From positions 1,920,001 through 1,984,000 of the forward strand of contig CP084167.1 of NCBI GenBank assembly GCA_021513715.1: a stretch of 64,000 bases of DNA, read 5' to 3'. The stretch comes from Candidatus Heimdallarchaeum endolithica (lineage in GTDB: Archaea; Asgardarchaeota; Heimdallarchaeia; Heimdallarchaeales; Heimdallarchaeaceae). The translations under genes and the position numbers were made by a program. Positions 58,788 through 64,000 of this stretch are shown one piece after another (position 1 is the stretch's first letter; each line of letters begins with the position of its first letter). The notes below the pieces were generated by a model that saw only the letters and a list, made by a program, of their open reading frames with translations, did not search any database and was not told the DNA's origin.

Positions 58788-59969
58788 TTAAAGTTTAACA
58801 ACCCACGGTTCAGTTTGTCTATTTGTTAAAAAAACACAACCGTTCTCAGTTACCTTAATCATTTCTTCAATTGAACAGTAACCATATTTTTCCAGATAAA
58901 CATGTAATTCTAGTGTAAATATATTATTTTTCTCAATTTTTAGTTCTGGTGATCGCCCATATTTCTCCCACTTTGGTCCAATTAAACAACCTCCGTCATG
59001 AACATTAATACCTACTTGATGACCTAATGCATGCATAAATTCAGGATATCCTGAAGAAACAACATACTCTCTTGCTATATTGTCAATCTCATATCCTTTC
59101 ATTCCAGGTCTAATTTTATCAGCAGCTTCAGTAATAGCATTCTTACAAGTATCAAATGCCTTTTTAACTTCAAGTGGAACAGAAGTTTCCTTTTCACCAA
59201 GAACATATGTTAATCTTTGAATATCAGAGGCATAACCATCATATATCACTCCATAATCAACATTAACCAAATAACCGTGTTTCACTGTAATTATTGAGGA
59301 AGGGCTCCCATGCCCGATAGTTGTTTCTGGACCAACATTAATTAAAGGAGGGTATGCATATTCAACTCCAAATTTTTCATTATTTGCTTTTAAAATATTT
59401 GCAAGGTCAGTTTCAGTCATTCCAAGTTGAATATTATTTTTTAATAATTCATGACCTACCTCACTTATCTCTACAGCTTTCTTAATTCTGTCTACTTCTT
59501 CTGGAATTTTTCTTCCTCTTAAAGCTGTTAAGATTTTTTCAGATGATATTAATCTGTCCTTATATGGTGTTCCTTCGAGAATTTTTCTCAATTTTAAGTA
59601 GAGACCATATGTTAGTCCATCAGCAGCAACATTATCTTCAGAATAGTTAACTGCAATTGTTTCAGGTTTATTACGTTCTAAAATATTTAGTAACTCATCT
59701 TTGATTCCTAAATCATAAGATACAATTTCATCATATATCTGTTGTTTTTTGATATCAGGTGCATCATATCGACCTACAATTACTATTTTTTTACCTTCTT
59801 TGGTTAAAATGAAGCAAGTTTGCCAAGTTAACCAAGTATTTTCAGTTAAAAAGAAAAGACTTGGATCTCGAATCTCTGATGTTTTCCTAACGTAAGTCAA
59901 CCACATATCAATATTTAATTCTTGAAGAATTGCTATTGCTTGTTTCACTTTTTCTTTTATTAAACTCAT
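58788..59969 (-). CDS. Xaa-Pro peptidase (M24 family)
   Basis: VDYG..YDGYASDIQR, HALGHQVG..VHD, FTLE, SIEE metal ligands. Confidence 0.92.
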   Translation of the reverse strand: MSLIKEKVKQAIAILQELNIDMWLTYVRKTSEIRDPSLFFLTENTWLTWQTCFILTKEGKKIVIVGRYDAPDIKKQQIYDEIVSYDLGIKDELLNILERNKPETIAVNYSEDNVAADGLTYGLYLKLRKILEGTPYKDRLISSEKILTALRGRKIPEEVDRIKKAVEISEVGHELLKNNIQLGMTETDLANILKANNEKFGVEYAYPPLINVGPETTIGHGSPSSIITVKHGYLVNVDYGVIYDGYASDIQRLTYVLGEKETSVPLEVKKAFDTCKNAITEAADKIRPGMKGYEIDNIAREYVVSSGYPEFMHALGHQVGINVHDGGCLIGPKWEKYGRSPELKIEKNNIFTLELHVYLEKYGYCSIEEMIKVTENGCVFLTNRQTEPWVVKL

Positions 59970-60055
59970 AAAATGCTATTGTTACTTTGGAATTTAAGAT
60001 TTATTGAAAAATCAATTCAAAAAGTCACAAAGTTTTTTTTTCTAACTTAAGATAA

Positions 60056-60865
60056 GTGTATATGGACATTTTGCAGTTCTTAGTAGTTGTTCTTTCTTTG
60101 ATACTAATAATTAGTAGTCTTTTTCTGTTACTAATCAAAAATGAAGAAAAAAAAAGCAAATACTTTTGGATTGTTTTTATAGGGGGTATGGGGTGGTTAA
60201 TTGCTTTTCTTTTGCGTATTATCCCTCTAAATCTTGCAAAAGCACTCACACTAGTTTCTTTAGGAATAGATTTATCCGACACACAAGCAGTACAAGCCGC
60301 TTCACATAATAATGTTCTTGTTCTTATATGGGGGCCCATTTTTGCTGGTTTATTCGAAGAATTCTGCAGGTATTTTCTTATTTCAAAAATAAGAGATGTA
60401 AAATCTAATTATCCAAAAGGCCCAATAATATTAGGGTTAGGATGGACTTTAGGAGAGATAATTTACATTCATACAGCATACTTAATTTCGATGAACACAT
60501 TAAATATACCTTGGGAAACATCTGCATGGTCACTTGTATTAGCAAGTTTGTTTGAACGCTTTACAGTTTCTGTTTTTCATGTTTTGATGAGTTTAATCAT
60601 TTTTCAGTCAATTCTTGAAAAACGTTTGAAGAAAAGATACGGATTGTGGATAGCTATAACTCTACACATACTATTTGATGGACTAATTATTGTGTGGATA
60701 ATATTCTTTCCTTTAGAGAATCTCATTAATATTTGGACTTTAGAAATGGCTTTTGCACTTCAAACTCTAATTACTCTGATATTCGTTTCAAAGTATTGGG
60801 ATAGAAAAATAAGAGAAAAACTAGGTTCATTATCAAACGAAGAAGCAATTAATTTAGTAACTTAA
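60056..60865 (+). CDS. YhfC-family glutamic-type intramembrane metalloprotease
   Basis: AGLFEE..RY, GLGW..GE, ER....FH, LH..FD; many TM helices. Confidence 0.8.
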   Translation: MYMDILQFLVVVLSLILIISSLFLLLIKNEEKKSKYFWIVFIGGMGWLIAFLLRIIPLNLAKALTLVSLGIDLSDTQAVQAASHNNVLVLIWGPIFAGLFEEFCRYFLISKIRDVKSNYPKGPIILGLGWTLGEIIYIHTAYLISMNTLNIPWETSAWSLVLASLFERFTVSVFHVLMSLIIFQSILEKRLKKRYGLWIAITLHILFDGLIIVWIIFFPLENLINIWTLEMAFALQTLITLIFVSKYWDRKIREKLGSLSNEEAINLVT

Positions 60866-60911
60866 AAAGCAAAATACAAAAATTTTTGAATTTTTTCTTC
60901 TTTTTTAGAAT

Positions 60912-61421
60912 ATGAAACACGAACTAGAAAAAATAAGCCCATATTTATTTCCAAATCCCGCACTATTAATATCTTGTAAGAGTAGTAACAAAGAATCTAT
61001 AATCACACTTTCTTGGGTAGGGACAAGTTGTTCTGAACCACCAATGGTCTCTATCGGGATTCGTCCTACCAGATATTCGTACAATATTATAAAAGAATCA
61101 GGTGAATTTGTAATTAATGTACCAACTTCAGAAATGATAGAAAAAGTGAAATTTTGTGGAACAAAATCAGGAAAAGATGTTGATAAGTGGATGAAATGTA
61201 ATTTTACAAAAGAGAAACCTAGTAAAGTGAACACACCTTTAATTAAAGAATGTCCTGTAAATATTGAATGTACAGTAAAGAAAATTATTGAGTTAGGAAG
61301 TCATCATCTTTTTATTGCAGAGATTGTTGCAGTTCATATGGATGAAAATTGGAGAAAGAGTAAATATGAAGGAATGGTTACTTATTCTTTAGGTCAGTAT
61401 GGTAAAACAGTTCCACTGTAA
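60912..61421 (+). CDS. Flavin reductase family protein
   Basis: P.P..L.SC, PPMVSIGIRP.RYS, EFVINVP, CGTKSG..VDK, ECPVNIEC, LGSHHLFIAEI. Confidence 0.9.
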   Translation: MKHELEKISPYLFPNPALLISCKSSNKESIITLSWVGTSCSEPPMVSIGIRPTRYSYNIIKESGEFVINVPTSEMIEKVKFCGTKSGKDVDKWMKCNFTKEKPSKVNTPLIKECPVNIECTVKKIIELGSHHLFIAEIVAVHMDENWRKSKYEGMVTYSLGQYGKTVPL

Positions 61422-61479
61422 CCAAAAAATGCACAAAATTTTTTACGATATGAAACTATTTTATATCATAGTGATTAAA

Positions 61480-61731
61480 ATGAACAAAGAAAAATATACA
61501 ACAGATATTTTGGACATAATGGCCACTCAAAAACGTGGTTTTAGTGTAGCTGATATAATGTTACAATTAAATACGCTTTATGCTCCCAGAGGAGAAAAAC
61601 CAGATCAAAAAGTAGTAGAAGAGGTACTCAATGAGCTAACAGAAAAAGGATATCTAAAAAGATTCACAGTCGGAATTATTCCACAGTGGAAAATTACAGA
61701 AGAAGGAGAAGATTATTTTTATAGTCTATAA
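61480..61731 (+). CDS. Small winged-helix protein (start refined to ATG 61480)
   Basis: VEEVLNELTEKGYL..WKITEEG wHTH signature; GTGA SD-like motif upstream. Confidence 0.7.
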   Translation: MNKEKYTTDILDIMATQKRGFSVADIMLQLNTLYAPRGEKPDQKVVEEVLNELTEKGYLKRFTVGIIPQWKITEEGEDYFYSL

Positions 61732-62511
61732 ATGTGTGATGCAAGAATGAGCTTTAAAAAAAACATTGGTTTACCAATGGAAAGTTTTGAGGAAGAGCTT
61801 TATTTTAATAGAGAACTAATTCATACAAAAGGATTAAGAGAGTTTTCTTTATCGGAAGTTGTATTTAGAGGAAAAAATAAAGAAGATGAAAAAGAAAAAA
61901 TAATTGTTTTCAAAAAATATCAAGATATTTTCCTTACTGAACATAAGCCACATTTTGATGATGTTCGATTTGATATTTTTGTTATGTTACCTGGTTTTCA
62001 TTCAGGTGAGTTTAACCATATTCCAGGCTATTATAGGAATTATGCAGACAATGGATTTCATTTTCCTGAGCTGTTTCAAGTTGTCGAAGGTTATGCAGAA
62101 TTTCTTCTTCAACAACCAGCTGAAAAACACGAAAAAGTAAAAGATTGTATTTTATACAGATGTCAAATTGGAGAAATAGTTACAATACCTCCGGCACATG
62201 GAGTAACAATAATCAACCCAACTGATAAAAAAACAGTTGTAATTCGACTTAGAGCTAGAGATGCAGAGTCTATCCATGAGCATTACAATATGACGAGAGG
62301 AGCATGTTATTACAGAGAACAAAATGACAAATGGATTTTTAATTCCAACTATGAAGAAATAGCAACAATGAAACTACTACCTACACAAAAAAAATGGAAA
62401 GTTTTTCAAAAAGAGATCCCAATTTACCAATCGTTTATCAACAACACATGGTCTCAAAAATTTCTACTGGAACCAAACCCTGTTGATTTCACAATAGATA
62501 CACTCATATAA
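61732..62511 (+). CDS. Cupin-type glucose-6-phosphate isomerase-like protein lacking canonical His ligands
   Basis: RFDI.V..PG...GEF, FPELFQVVEG.A.FLLQ, IPP...TIIN, GACYY, N.NY; GHxH replaced by GYYR. Confidence 0.75.
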   Translation: MCDARMSFKKNIGLPMESFEEELYFNRELIHTKGLREFSLSEVVFRGKNKEDEKEKIIVFKKYQDIFLTEHKPHFDDVRFDIFVMLPGFHSGEFNHIPGYYRNYADNGFHFPELFQVVEGYAEFLLQQPAEKHEKVKDCILYRCQIGEIVTIPPAHGVTIINPTDKKTVVIRLRARDAESIHEHYNMTRGACYYREQNDKWIFNSNYEEIATMKLLPTQKKWKVFQKEIPIYQSFINNTWSQKFLLEPNPVDFTIDTLI

Positions 62512-62594
62512 AATAATTTTTTCTTTTTTCATCAACAGTTGAGAGCAAAATTAGACCATAAAAACTATACAATAAAATTGACAAATGTCAAATG

Positions 62595-62996
62595 TCATTT
62601 AAGTTTATTGAGAGTTTCCAACAAACTTTTTATTGCGTTATTAATAGAAATTATTTCATCTATGTTTTCAGAAATTTCTAGCTGCTTATTTAATTGACTT
62701 AATTTTTTCATGATTACACTTTGTGTTTCAAGTAGAGTTTCATGGGTAATATTACTACCATGCTGCGATATCTGGTACTGAGATTTGACTTGATTCGAGG
62801 ACATTTGCTTCCTTTGCTGTAATTTTGATTTTTCATCAACCAACACATATTCTTGTTTACATTTAACACAAATTATTTTACCACCATACTCATATAAGGG
62901 GGAATAGCATTTAGGACAAGCCTTGTTTAACATTTTTCCACCCTTTAATAATATATCTGCCCCTGCTTTTGAATAGTCATCAGAACTGTTGTTCAT
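62595..62996 (-). CDS. UPF0148 / SSSCA1(ZNRD2)-family Zn-ribbon protein
   Basis: LLKGGKML..ACPKC.SPLY...G...CVKC plus helical C-terminus. Confidence 0.88.
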   Translation of the reverse strand: MNNSSDDYSKAGADILLKGGKMLNKACPKCYSPLYEYGGKIICVKCKQEYVLVDEKSKLQQRKQMSSNQVKSQYQISQHGSNITHETLLETQSVIMKKLSQLNKQLEISENIDEIISINNAIKSLLETLNKLK

Positions 62997-63092
62997 TAGT
63001 TTCTTGTTTTTTTTTTCATTATATAATATTTATTATAGAAAATAAAATTAGAATAAAATAATCTTCAATATACTAGTCTTCAATATACAATT

Positions 63093-64000
63093 TTATTTAA
63101 TCAGTTTTTCAAGCTTTTCAACTATGCTAGAGATCCATTCGAATTGTTCCTTTGTTGGAGCTTCGAAATAAATTCTAATTTTTGGTTCTGTCCCAGATTT
63201 TCTAATTAATATCCACGTCCCATCTTCAAAATCGAACCTTAAACCGTCAAAATCTAATACGTTCTTTTTATAGGGAGCACAGATTGTGGTTAAGTGATTC
63301 TTTAGTGAATTGAAAATAAGATTTGCATTTTCTTCTGAAACAAGGTAAGATCTTCTTTCTGAAAAAAAACTTGGAATTGATTTAATTTTAGTATAAAGAG
63401 AACAGTTTTTTTCCACCAATTCCTTCAAAATTACAACTGCACCAAATAATCCATCAATCCACAGCCCCCAATCTAAAGGAAATATTGGTTTCCATGGTTC
63501 AGCAGCAAAAATGACTCGTTCTCCATTATTAATTAACTCTAAAGACTTTGTATGAAGATCACCTAAAGGAGCTCGAATAACTTTAACAGAAGAGCTATCT
63601 AGTGAGTTATCTATACATGTTGACGAATCTATACTAAGGACAACAATACCACTTTTATTTGTGGTGAGAGATAACTGAGCTAACAAAGCATTTATTCTTG
63701 ATAGTTCCACAAAATTACCTTGTTCGTCAATAAATGAGACTCTATCCCCATCTCCATCATGAGCAATACCAATAGCACCTTTTTCTTTACATAAATTAAT
63801 AAGAACTGACAGATTTTCTTCACTTGGTTCAGCTAAACGACCAGGAAAACAACCATCAATATTAGAGTTGAGTGTAATTACATTAAATCCAAGTGTAGAA
63901 AAAATTCTTGGAGATAAAAGGCTCATCGGTCCATTTGCACAATCTACAATTAAAGTTCTATTATCAGCTTTAAAGTTTATTTTTTGAACAATAGCATTAA
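63093..64000 (-). CDS. Second phosphohexomutase paralogue, 5' end beyond window
   Basis: Frame open from the window edge (..LIVDCANGPMS); FPGR..EP, HDGDGDR, IRKSGTEP. Confidence 0.88.
   Translation of the reverse strand, partial: NAIVQKINFKADNRTLIVDCANGPMSLLSPRIFSTLGFNVITLNSNIDGCFPGRLAEPSEENLSVLINLCKEKGAIGIAHDGDGDRVSFIDEQGNFVELSRINALLAQLSLTTNKSGIVVLSIDSSTCIDNSLDSSSVKVIRAPLGDLHTKSLELINNGERVIFAAEPWKPIFPLDWGLWIDGLFGAVVILKELVEKNCSLYTKIKSIPSFFSERRSYLVSEENANLIFNSLKNHLTTICAPYKKNVLDFDGLRFDFEDGTWILIRKSGTEPKIRIYFEAPTKEQFEWISSIVEKLEKLIK

Noticed and set aside
1274-62140. Many 60-115-aa ORFs nested in or antisense to confident genes (e.g. 2487-2780, 17779-18123, 29387-29716, 52299-52610, 60025-60339)
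   Set aside because: Fully overlap well-supported genes and carry no recognisable motifs.

Overview
AT-rich, gene-dense archaeal chromosomal segment made mostly of housekeeping genes. Translation: aspS, eL21, eS27, eL38, aIF2alpha, aRF1, SRP54, NAC, MBF1. RNA processing/modification: Csl4, KsgA, TrmJ, Trm56, Pus10, TrmY-like, Trm5/Tyw2, EndA-like, Nop10. Transcription: TFE, Rpo4, Rpo11. Replication/repair: PCNA, GINS, Hef, PINA. Also PAN, amino-sugar metabolism (glmS, glmU, two phosphohexomutases, PGI/PMI, galE) and A/V-type ATPase subunits A, B, D, F and H/G split over three loci. A full-length Hef helicase-nuclease, eL38 and a non-catalytic splicing-endonuclease subunit together suggest an Asgard (Heimdallarchaeia-like) or other TACK-related archaeon; this is inference. 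Four + strand tRNA genes all encode CCA: Ile-GAT and Leu-TAA with 37/38 introns, Pro-CGG, Val-TAC. Mobile/selfish elements: two IS481-family copies (one intact, one frameshifted; 16- and 14-bp target duplications), one IS6-family element (10-bp duplication), a 501-aa intein in atpA with a decayed endonuclease, and a free-standing tandem-AbrB/double-LAGLIDADG gene between glmS and glmU. Best leads: the AbrB-LAGLIDADG fusion; an A-to-T strand-skew switch centred on tRNA genes that overrides codon usage in neighbouring genes; a membrane-anchored coiled-coil/Pro-Thr-repeat protein; a DPM2-like two-helix membrane protein; and all three IS elements lying about 90-100 bp upstream of core genes. No CRISPR array or rRNA was seen. 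Family calls are by motif recognition only; no searches were run.
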